DNA of 64,000 nucleotides from Mayamaea pseudoterrestris (taxonomy: Eukaryota): contig BROI01000031.1 of NCBI GenBank assembly GCA_027923505.1, forward strand, positions 62,001-126,000, in the 5' to 3' direction. A program made the position numbers and the translations under genes. The notes beneath the pieces were generated by a model. The model was given only the letters and a program-made list of their open reading frames with translations. It searched no databases and was not told where the DNA came from. Positions within the stretch are counted from its first letter, which is position 1. Every line of letters starts with the position of its first letter. Of the stretch, positions 1 to 10,005 are shown one piece after another.

Positions 1-3000
1 CGTAAGCAGCGGCGCTGTTGGGAGCAAGGTAGGCACCAGGGCCAAAATAGTGTTGCTTGGTGCCACACTTGGACTGGTTGTAACGTCCGTGGTTGGATAT
101 TCTGTAATTGGCGAGCAGTAAGTGGGCTTGTGCATCTCTTCCGGTCCACAGCATCCACATGAGTCGTCCGGATGATTCTCGAGATGATTCTCAGCGCCTT
201 CAGCAGGAAGGCAAAGCGATTGAGGATTGAAATCTGGTGGTTGCCGGTGACACACAATAACTTTATCGTCGCCACATTGATGGCTTGCACAGGCGATGTT
301 CAAGGTCGGTAGCGTTGTCGGCGGAAGACTCGGGATCTCGACGACGCTAGAAGGTAATCCTGTTGGTTGCGCGGTCGAATAACCACCAGTTGGGAGATTC
401 GTTGGGGCTTCAGTCGGCCAACCCGAAGCATTCGTCGGCGAGACGCTTGGATTATCCGTTGGCAAGCTAGTAGGCGGCAGCGAAGTAGGTTGCTGAGTAG
501 GCGTCAACGTTGGCACTTTTGTTGGCGTTGCACTCGTTGGAGCATGCGACGGTGAGACTGTCGGGGACACCGACTGGCTTGCACTCGGGCCTGCAGACCC
601 CTCCACAGTGGGCCAAACAGTCGGATAAAGTGTCGGCGAGCTGCTCAAAGTCTCACTCGGCGAATAGGTGGGCTCTCCGCTCGTCGGAGCAAGCGAGGGT
701 GGAAATGAGGATGACACAGAGGGACCTGCGCTGGGTTCCAACAAAAGTGCTTCAGTAGGTGTACTTGTCGGGTAAGCACTTGTAGGTGAATTGCTCAAAG
801 TCTCGGTTGGCAAACTTGTTGGTGCATGCGAAGGCGAAGCAGTCGGCGGCACCGACGGGCCATTGGAAGATGCTTCAGTGGGCCAAGACGATGGATAACT
901 GCTCGAGGGAGCACCAGTCGGGAATTCCGTAGTCGCAAGCGTCGGGCTTTCACTTTCAACAGTCGGCACATTCGACAAAAGGACGGTTGCTGCAGCAGAC
1001 GGGGCGCTACTTGATGGAGTATACGTATCCAGCGAAGATGGTGCTCCACTTGTCAATGAAGGAGATGCCGAAGAACTTGTTGCAGCAGACGGGGCGCTAC
1101 TTGATGGAGTATACGTGTCCAACGAAGATGGTGCTCCACTTGTCAATGTCGGAGATGCTGTTGGAAAAGCACTCGTCGAGGCTTGGGTTGGCCAAGAACT
1201 TGGATAGCTGCTCGAAGGGCGCTCAGTCGGCGGCGCAAGCGTCGGATTTCCACTTTCAACGGTAGGCAAGTACGATGGCGGAACACTTGAGACACTTTCA
1301 GTTGGCGACTCCGTCGGCAAAAGTGTCGGATTTTCACTCGGCAAATGCGTCGGCCAAACTGTCGGACTATTGCTGCTTGGAGCAACCGTTGAAACCTTGG
1401 TTGGAATCACAGTCACGGCGGACGGCAACAGTGTTGGCATGGGTGTTGGATTGGAAGTCACTGGAGCAGCGCTTGGAGATTTGGTTGGCAGATTCGTCGG
1501 GTTTCCACTCGATACCGTCGGCACATGCGTCAAAGCCGCCGTAGGAGCATTGCTAACGGGACTCCACGTCGGAAGACTTGAAGGAAGATACGTGACGGCA
1601 GTGGGCGAGAGGGTTGGCAATGGAGTTGGATGGGCGGTCGTTGGCGCATCGGTCAAAGCCTCGGTTGGAAGAGCCGTCGGGCTTCCACTTGGATTTTGCG
1701 TGGGCGAAACGGTCGGCAATGAGCTTGCCGGAGCAACGCTTGGAGACAGTGTCGGAATTCCAGTTGGCCATGAGCTTACATCGACGGTAGGATTGCTGCT
1801 GCTGATTGGAGCCTTGGTGGGCAACTTGCTGGGCTTTTTAGTGTACTTGCTGGGACGCTTGGTGGAGTGACGAATGGGAGCAATCGTCGAGGGAGCAAGG
1901 GAAGGACTCACAGTCGGAGCCAGCGTCGTCGGAACCAAAGTTGGAGCAGCCGTCATGAGCATGGTCGCTTCAGTTGTTGGTGAAGCAGTTGGAGCCAAGG
2001 TTGGAACGTTGGTCGGCGACTTGCTGGGGCGCTTGGTGGAGTGACGAACGGGCGCAGCCGTCGAGGGGGCAAGGGTGGGAGATGCAGTCGGAGCCAGCGA
2101 CGTTGGAACTAAAGTTGGTGCAGCCGTCATGAGCATGGTCGGTTCCGTCGTTGGTGAAGCACTTGTTGGAGCCAAGGTAGGAACGCTTGTCGGTGGCTTG
2201 CTCGGACGCTTGGTGGATGGACGAACGGGCGCAACCGAGGGAGCAAGTGTTGGAGACGCCGTTGGAGCCAGCGTCGTTGGAGATGCCGTTGGAACCAAAG
2301 TTGGAGCAGCCGTCATGAGCATGGTCGGTTCCGTTGTTGGCTCAGTCGTCGTTGGAGCCGCGGTCGGAGCCTTGGTCGGCGACTTGCTTGGCTTTTTGGT
2401 GTATTTGGACGGTCGCTTGGTGGAATGGCGAATGGGAGCCTGGGTCGTTGGCGCCGACGAAACTGGCGCATCCGTCATGAGCATGGTTGGCTCCGTCGTT
2501 GGCAATGCACTCGTTGGAACCAAAGTGGGTGCCGGCGTGAGCAATGGCTGGCAAGCTTGCAGCAACGGACTCGTCTCCTCGTCGCTTGCGCAGCAGCCGC
2601 AGTAGTCATACACGTGACGCATCAAGTGCTCGTGCACACTTGGTTGCGGCAAGCAAAGTGATTCGACTTGGTCTTGCGTCGATTCTGCAGTGGATGGACG
2701 ATGACAAACAATCACGTGGTCCGTGCCGCACTCGTGCTCCAAACAAAGCATGGGCAAGGTGGGACTACTCGTGGGAGACGCGCTTGGTTCACTGGTGCTT
2801 GGCGCGGCAGTCGATGGCGCATTCGTTGGACTCATCGTGGTGGGAGCAATGGTGGTGGGAGCAAGTGTTGGAGACGTCGTCGTGGGCCAAGCAGTCGGAT
2901 TTGCAGTCGTGGGAACACTTGTCGGAGCTTGCGTCGTTGGCATGACGGTTGGAGCACTCGTCGTCGGCGTCATGGTCGGAGACTTGGTTGGACAAGGCGT

Positions 3001-3210
3001 CGGCTTTGGCGTCGGAGAGGCCGTGTTGTAGCTCATGTTGGCGAAGGAGTGATCCGTGAGCGCACGACCGACGAGCGCATCCAAGGCTTCCTTCTCGAGG
3101 ATTGCCGCAAGGTCATGCTTGGACGCGACGCGAGCAGCACTTGCAGCAGCAGGAATGGACGAGGCAATGATGAGAGCCATGGCAATGGGGCAAGCCAAGG
3201 AAACCTTCAT
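1..3210 (-). CDS. Secreted mucin-like Pro/Thr/Ser-rich protein with two Cys/His-rich modules (3' end lies outside the window)
   Basis: Manual translation from the ATG at 3210 gives MKVSLACPIAMALIIASSIPAAASA (signal-peptide-like), then ...VGRALTD (RXL-like site) and long PT/APT/SPT repeats. The frame is the same wherever I checked (1-300, ~1020-1080, 2580-2760). It is absent from the ORF track, consistent with having no stop inside the window. There is an internal 90-bp tandem duplication at ~990-1150. Confidence 0.85.
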   Translation of the reverse strand, partial: MKVSLACPIAMALIIASSIPAAASAARVASKHDLAAILEKEALDALVGRALTDHSFANMSYNTASPTPKPTPCPTKSPTMTPTTSAPTVMPTTQAPTSVPTTANPTAWPTTTSPTLAPTTIAPTTMSPTNAPSTAAPSTSEPSASPTSSPTLPMLCLEHECGTDHVIVCHRPSTAESTQDQVESLCLPQPSVHEHLMRHVYDYCGCCASDEETSPLLQACQPLLTPAPTLVPTSALPTTEPTMLMTDAPVSSAPTTQAPIRHSTKRPSKYTKKPSKSPTKAPTAAPTTTEPTTEPTMLMTAAPTLVPTASPTTLAPTASPTLAPSVAPVRPSTKRPSKPPTSVPTLAPTSASPTTEPTMLMTAAPTLVPTSLAPTASPTLAPSTAAPVRHSTKRPSKSPTNVPTLAPTASPTTEATMLMTAAPTLVPTTLAPTVSPSLAPSTIAPIRHSTKRPSKYTKKPSKLPTKAPISSSNPTVDVSSWPTGIPTLSPSVAPASSLPTVSPTQNPSGSPTALPTEALTDAPTTAHPTPLPTLSPTAVTYLPSSLPTWSPVSNAPTAALTHVPTVSSGNPTNLPTKSPSAAPVTSNPTPMPTLLPSAVTVIPTKVSTVAPSSNSPTVWPTHLPSENPTLLPTESPTESVSSVPPSYLPTVESGNPTLAPPTERPSSSYPSSWPTQASTSAFPTASPTLTSGAPSSLDTYTPSSSAPSAATSSSASPSLTSGAPSSLDTYTPSSSAPSAAATVLLSNVPTVESESPTLATTEFPTGAPSSSYPSSWPTEASSNGPSVPPTASPSHAPTSLPTETLSNSPTSAYPTSTPTEALLLEPSAGPSVSSSFPPSLAPTSGEPTYSPSETLSSSPTLYPTVWPTVEGSAGPSASQSVSPTVSPSHAPTSATPTKVPTLTPTQQPTSLPPTSLPTDNPSVSPTNASGWPTEAPTNLPTGGYSTAQPTGLPSSVVEIPSLPPTTLPTLNIACASHQCGDDKVIVCHRQPPDFNPQSLCLPAEGAENHLENHPDDSCGCCGPEEMHKPTYCSPITEYPTTDVTTSPSVAPSNTILALVPTLLPTAPLLT

Positions 3211-4227
3211 GGTGGAAACAATGGCAATGTATCGAATACTTTTGTTGTTGGCAGTGGGAACGCGATGAAAGTGAAGCAAACACCAATTTTATGAGCCGCC
3301 GCCGTTCCTTGCATCCGACTGCCTCCGTACGACTGCTTGCATGTGCGATCCGTTTCCTCGCAAATGAAGTTAGGCGAGCTGTCGTGTCATGAATAAAACG
3401 CATCGGACCTCTGGACTGGACGGCGCTCGTTCCATGAATGTGATCAACATTTACTCTCGCCGCATGCATGCGTTGCAATCATGTCGTAGATTCATTCGGC
3501 GAAAGGCAAGAGTTGTTTATTGATTGACTCAATAAAAATAGTAAAGTCGTCGACGACGCCGCCGCCATCTTCCTCATGATCAAGGCCGGGGGAGTGATGA
3601 TTGCTGCATGAAGACGAGCTGCTGTGCTTGATTCGCCAGCCGTCACAAGGCCCATTGATGACTGCGCGTCGTCGGAACGAGGCAAGTAAATACACGCTCA
3701 AGTGTAGCATGATTAATATATAATATTTGAAAAGAGCGTAATAGACTGTAGGTTGTTACGTAGAAGCAATCGCCATTGCATGGTCCGCCGCTTGCGGAAC
3801 GAAATTGACGGTGGCATCGGAAATGCAACAAGGTATCTTTGAGTCACGGAGCGACACACGAACCGTTCGATCGGTGCGCGTCACAGTTGACGCTTCACGC
3901 CATTTTGCATCATTCGCGAGCAGCAGCGACGAGAGCCGTCATACGATACTTGTACGCAACAACAACAAAGACGACAAGAAACACTATGAATAGCAATCAA
4001 TTACCATGCATCGTCATACTCGTTTGCATAATGCGGCGGCGCGTGGCGCACGGCCGGCGGCGGCAGCTGCGTTCGGCGGCAAAATTAATGATGACTCGAA
4101 CAACGAAAACAACAATAACAACCAGCAGCAGCAGCAAGGCAATCGACGCGTACCATTTGCGATTGAATCGGATCCGCCGACACGATAGGCGACATTAGCG
4201 ACAGCAGCAGCAGCTGACGAGTCGTCC

Positions 4228-6450
4228 ATGGATCCTCCGGAGCTGCAATCCGAAGACGATGCAGAGGAGGAGGAAACGGAGGAACCGGAAGCGGAAGCGG
4301 CGGCGGAGGAACTGGAACTGGAAGCGGAGGCGGCGGCGGCAAAGGAAAACGGCGGAAGAACTGGAAGCGGCGGCGGAGGAACTGGAAGCGGAGGCGCGGG
4401 CGGCGGCGGCGGCGGCAAAGGAAACGGAAAAAGAGGCGGCGCAGGATCCTCTGGAGGTAGCGGAGGCGGAGGAAGAGGCGGCGCAGGAAGCGGAGGCAGC
4501 GGAGGAAACGGAAAAAGAGGCGGCGAAGGATCCTATGGAGGAAGCGGAGGCGGAAGAAGCGGAGGATGTCGATGATTATGCCAATAAAGCAGAAGAGACT
4601 GCGGAGGAAGCTGCGATGCGGCGCAAGAAACTATTGACTGTAGTCTCGCCAAAGTCAGAGAAGCAAACCCGCGCAGCAGTCGGCGAAGCGGCAACTGACT
4701 ACATGGACATCCATGCCCAAACTGAGTACCAGAACAAGGAGGCGCAGCAAACACTCTTTTTACTGAGCCGAAAGCTTATGCCTCCAGTTCATACAGGCTG
4801 GAATGGCATGCCTTCCGTGCATTTTGTCCGCCCAATTATTGGCTCAATCGAGTGGGACAAATTTGGCATTGAAGGGCAAGAATTTCGGATCAACGCCATT
4901 CGCGAGTTTATCAAAGAGAATGGAGCAGACTTTGAAGCCACTGCAGACGATCCTGTCATGTATGACTTGGTCATGCGGCAGCTTCAATGCCACTCCTGTC
5001 GTTGCCGTCGCTGCAACAAGTTTGCTTTTACCTGCGATGGTTGCATTAAAGTGTACACGTTGCGCCTCAGCGCGGAACAAGCAAAGGTCATGAAGGCTTT
5101 GAAAATGATTGGTCGCAAATGGAAGATCCCTGCAAACCGTATGGATGAATTCAGCGCTTGCATGCTTCGTAGAGCAGTCAGCGACAAGCGAATCATATCG
5201 ATCACCGATCGAGGGGCTTTGCAGAATATTTTGCGTGAGCAGGCACGCCGATCTACCTTGCCAGTAATCCCATACGATAATGCCTACGCTACCCTGGTCG
5301 AAGAATTTATCAAAAGTGCCCGATTAGTATCCGAAAACAATGGAAAGCTTGTCTACATCCACAAGAAGGATCGGAAGGTCTTGGCATTGTGGTATGTTGA
5401 GCATGGAGTTGCGTCAAAGCGCCACTTTAACCGTTTCTTTCTCTCACTTCCTTTACAATCTTCTGGTTGCTCAGTGAATGGAATTCTCATAGCCAACGCG
5501 AACTGATCATGACTGCGTGGGCATCCAAATTTTGTGATGGGGCATATTCCGTCGAGTTAGATGTCTACGGAAGTTACATGACAACAAAGATTGACGAAAA
5601 ATCGTAAGTGCCCTTGTCAACGTTTGCCCCACTGTCAAAACTATTACTCAACAGCTTACTTTTTAGGAAAAAAAAGTACCAGCTCGCATGCTCTTCTGGG
5701 TCATGCTGCAAGGTGGATCAATGTCGGATCATTTTAAAATGATTGCCGACATCAAGGACCCCAAGGTGAAGTGCAAAGAAATTGAAAAGTGTATTATGGG
5801 CTTGATCACTGTCTTTTCATGTTCGGGTCCAATCATCGGTCAGATACACCATGATGTAAAAATGGAGAATAGTACGTATCTTGAACTTTGCACTTCTGCG
5901 TGTAAGACAATGTTTCTCAAACATCTTTTGTCTCTTTTGCAGTGGTAGTACGGACAGTACAGGAAGGTCAAAAGATTAACGTCCTTAACAAGAGTGGCAA
6001 GTTGGAACCGCTAGGTGTCGGCGCTGCTTACTTCCAGTTCATTGACAGGGGATTTGCCCCGCATCTTTCAAGGAAGCTGTATCTACTGCGAGTAACTACG
6101 TCACCAGTGAGTATGAAGATGATATTGGTATTTCAGTTTACCAATTCCTTGTCCTGCACGGCAGGGTTGACGCCACGAAGCAGTGGATGGCACGCGAGAT
6201 GGTGGCGTCGTGTGGACGCAAACTGGAAACTGATCTTTCAGACTTGTTCGAAACTGATCGATACAAAGAACATGTCGCTTTGTACTCTCTTTTGGATGGC
6301 AGCGAAATGAAGCACATTCGTGACTGCAAAGTTTTCAAGGAGGGCTACATCGAGCGAGTCTTGTGCCTCTTGATGCGAACTTCACAACACCGAGTATACT
6401 TGCCGGAAAGTATTGCTTCACTGCCTCGTCCGGAGGATGATGCCACCTAG
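4228..6450 (+). CDS. Multi-exon divergent protein-kinase-like gene with acidic Glu/Ala-rich N-terminus and a Cys cluster
   Basis: MDPPELQSEDDAEEE... continues into ORF 4259-5506 after a frameshift in an A-run near 4345. Cys cluster CHSCRCRRCNKFAFTCDGC. GT-AG introns at ~5392-5474, ~5604-5660 and ~5872-5942. The exons give QRELIMTAW, LFWVMLQG, IHHDVKMEN (HxDxKxxN catalytic loop) and FQFIDRGFA (DFG-like). Confidence 0.6.
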
Positions 6451-8640
6451 ACGAACAATTTAACTCCTACCGGTAGTGACATCAGCATACCGTGTCACGC
6501 ATGATTCTCCCTACAATCATTAGCAGCACCAATAAGTAAACATTCTATCATGTAATTGTTTTTTGTCTGCCCTACATATAACAGGTTGCCTTTGGTGGCA
6601 ATTGTTGTGGGTGAAGGCAACTCATTTGCAGCCATTGGCAATGGAGCAGCCGCGAGCAGCCCACCATTGAAAGCTGCAGTTCGTTTAGAAGCAAGCGGCA
6701 ACCCAATGGACCGCCTCCAAAGCCAAGAGCTTTGATCTCATATACATAGATGGCTGAAGTGGGTGTTAATTGTTATAGTTGAGCCAGCCTGGCTGCATGC
6801 ACAACGTTAGAAGCCAGAGCCAAGCCTCCAAGCTCTAAGCTGCGGCATATTCGTTTAAAGCCAGCGATAACCAAATGACCCACTATATGTATCATGATCC
6901 GTTGCCGCGTGTATATTATGCAGCAAGGTGACAAGATGTTGATCATGTTGTTTGAGCCATCGAATGTGCATCGGCAAACCGCCGAGGAAAATTTCGACGC
7001 GAAAAATTTGGCGAGCGATTCGACTCGAGTGCAAAAAATAATCAAAAATTGTAGATTTCAGTACCACTTTCGATTGCTCATGAGCCAGCCCAAATATGAA
7101 TGATGTGTCGCAAGCAAAACCACCCCGCAAGCGCTCCGACGTACATTAGCGCTGCCATCGCTTTCCATCACATCACGAGAGGCGAACGACGGAGGAGTAA
7201 CAACAAAGGATGGAATGGGTGTTGATCGTTTTGCAAGTTTGTAGCTATCCCTAGCTTCCCAAGTACACAGGAAGCGAGTGCAGATTGGCATGAGCTAGAT
7301 GTTATTTCCAGCAAGCCTCAGGATAATTGGTATCAGTGGGCCATGTCGTATGTGCAGCAGATGTCTAATATGGTAGCTGGCGACCCTGTTACTGATGCGT
7401 GTGGTCGCGATGCAATATTGAAGGCATTTGAGACGGTGGCTGCTTGTGGGCAACGACAAGTTGCAAAGCAATTGCAAAGTGATTCAGAGGTACAGTGCTT
7501 GCCTGAAAGTGCAGCATTGTCCCGGCAGCAAAAAAGCAAGCGCATTCGCCAGCATTTTGAGCTAGCGAAGTGAAATGAGGTCGGCTAAAAAGTTACAAAC
7601 GTAAACAATAACTGTTATAGTCACAATTCAGTAAAGTAATTTCATAGTGTGTCTTCTGTTCCACCAACATCACCACTTTGCGTTGCTCCACCATGGACGA
7701 ATGTGTATGCGCCAGCAGCTCAAGTGCTGCCGCCTCGAGTTGCTCCACCGCGGGACAACGAGTTTACCACCACAGCGCCAATGCCGTCACCTTGCGACGC
7801 TCCGCCACGGACTATCAGTGCTGCCGCCTTGTGATGCTCCACTACCATGTCCACCGCCACCAGCTTGAGTGCCACCGCCTTGAGTCACGCATGTCCAAAG
7901 TTAGTTTTGTGATAGACTCTTAGTGAGAAAGCCCCGGCACCACGTCAAGGTGATCTATCTTCACCAGGGGAGGAACGTGAGTTCAGCAACAAGTATCATG
8001 AAGGGGACTCGTGATTGTTAATCGTGAGCGCTAGTCTCACAGCCTTGAGTTGGAGGCGACAGGTCCGGGAGCCACTTGCGTAGCTATTATGTAACTGCAC
8101 GCAAAACCGTCCGGACGCCTCCCAGCTGTAAGACACCTGCCAACATGCACTCTTGCCACACCCAGTTCCGCTCGATCCGTGATCAGAGTCGCCAAATTTA
8201 TAAGTGCTTGGCACACTTGCTCGAATAGGAGAATCGTCCAGCCGAAGCGTGAGTAGACTCCATTAGACCAATGATCTAAGAAAGCTGGAAAGGTTTTATC
8301 CTAGCAAGCAGACCCAACCACCAGAATCATTCGAAACAAGTGTGCACAGCAATCGAAGAACGACAGCGGTGACGCGGAAGTTCGACGTTGCGATTGGACT
8401 GCTTCCCAATGGACGGTTCCCCAATGAACTTTCCCCAATGGACTGTCCCTGACTCCAAGCCTAAAAAACTCAGGACTCAAAGCAACCTTATCATAAACAG
8501 CCAATGAAGCTGTCTAAAGGTCTTTTGTGTGAGACGATCAATCGACGGCGTCGGCGGCATATTCGAGCTTTAGTACAGCGGTACAACAAGCCTTTATACT
8601 GCTCCCAAGAGAGATCTCGTTAATTCTTGGGTCGACAGCA

Positions 8641-9864
8641 ATCAAGTGTGATCTTTGCCACTTTCGAAACTTGCGGGCAAAGGATCCGGATATTTGGAAG
8701 GAGACAGATGCGAAACTTTTAGTTGCTTTGCGCCGAGCAATTTTGGATTCCTTCTGGTCAAGAGAGAAGTCAACGGTGGAGTCAAATTGGCGAGAAAGAA
8801 ATCATGTAGCGAAGGCGATGACAGCGTTTGGTTTTGAGCAAGAGCCTGTACAAGCTGAGGTTAGGCCGTACCCCACATTAGACAGCTGGGGCATGTTTCA
8901 AGCAGTTACTCTGTTGCACCGCTCTTTAGACGCGGGCAAAAATTCTGCGACTATCCAATTTGGGACAATGCGACGCTTGCGGACACACTTCACTAACCTG
9001 GCGCTCACGAAGCCGGATGGCGTTCAATTGACAAGCATCACTGGAATGCAAGGAGCGCAGCATTTCAGTGACAGTCCTACGCACTCGTATTGGTTCAAGC
9101 GTTTCCTCGAAGGGTGCCACAAGCGCATGTGAGATAATGTGCAACCTGATCGAGCGGTAACGATAGACATGATGCTTAAGTTGCAGGTGGTCTTTGAGGA
9201 GGACTGGTCCTCGGGCCAGGGTGCGGAACGTCTGGAATTGGCTCAACTGGCGTGTTTCATTTTGGCTGGCTTTGCTGGGGGGCTGCGAGGGGAAGAAGTT
9301 CCAAAGGCCGAGCTTTCTCCCACCCTGGAGCATCTGGACGAAAGCCTTACTCATCCAAGAAAGAAGCACTTCACTCTGGGACTGCTTGGACGGGTCAAGG
9401 GTGAGCGAGGCGACCGATGCCATCTTCTTCCGCTCGCTCTGGTGACATACTCTGGGCTACAAATTGGACATTGGTTCTGCCGGTTATTGAACGAGTACGC
9501 CGCCATTGGAGTTTCCAGTGGACCAATGTTTCAGGTAGACAGACGTGGAAAGTCAAGCCGAGGGTGCGTTGCGGATTACAACCCACGTTTCCATGAGTAC
9601 CTGCGAATGATCCAAGGCCGGTGGCCGGAAGTGCTCAGTACTGGAGTTGACGTGACGGAGTTTGGACTTCTGCGCTTACTGCGAAGAGGTTCTACTGCTC
9701 AAGCAAGGAATCGGAAGGTAAAGGACAGTGTTATTGAGAGTAACAACCGTTGGCGGAAAGTGGAAAGGGCAAAAGGAAGGCAAGTTCACGTCGGAATGAT
9801 GGAGCACTACTCTGACGTGACTGCATCAATTGAGACCCTATTGATTTACTCGGAATCGTTGTAG
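8641..9864 (+). pseudogene. Tyrosine recombinase of a YR-type mobile element (DIRS/Ngaro/Crypton-like), interrupted by one in-frame TGA at 9130-9132
   Basis: ORFs 8671-9132 and 9139-9864 are in the same frame. N-terminal CDLCHFRNL. Catalytic-type motifs GFAGGLRGEE (Arg I), LRLLRRGST (HxxR-equivalent), NNRWRK and MMEHYSD (Tyr). Confidence 0.8.
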
Positions 9865-9867
9865 CAG

Positions 9868-9894
9868 CAGTGCCCACTGACAACGCGGGCACTG
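9868..9894 (+). other. 8-bp-stem hairpin immediately after the recombinase stop codon
   Basis: CAGTGCCC-N11-GGGCACTG, a perfect inverted repeat. Confidence 0.6.
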
Positions 9895-10005
9895 TGGGAC
9901 CAATACACGATCACAAGCGATTGCCGAGTAAGGGAGAAAGCAGAGACCGAGGGGGCAGGAAAGCGGAGCTTTATTCTATTTTATGGAGTAAGGATCTGAC
10001 CCGCT

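Noticed and set aside
367..3294. Plus-strand Val/Gly-rich ORFs (e.g. 1370-1870, 2075-2605)
   Set aside because: They are antisense shadows of the Pro/Thr-rich minus-strand gene.
4228..4575. Gly-rich 115-aa protein
   Set aside because: The Gly run is the shifted frame of the Glu/Ala repeat after an A-run frameshift near 4345.
6850..7890. Possible transposase (SWIM/MULE) or gene remnant
   Set aside because: Only short broken ORFs, with no motif I can identify with confidence.
7910..8300. Possible solo LTR (TGATAG... with a TATA-like TTTATAAG)
   Set aside because: No clean CA end, no TSD and no second copy in the window.
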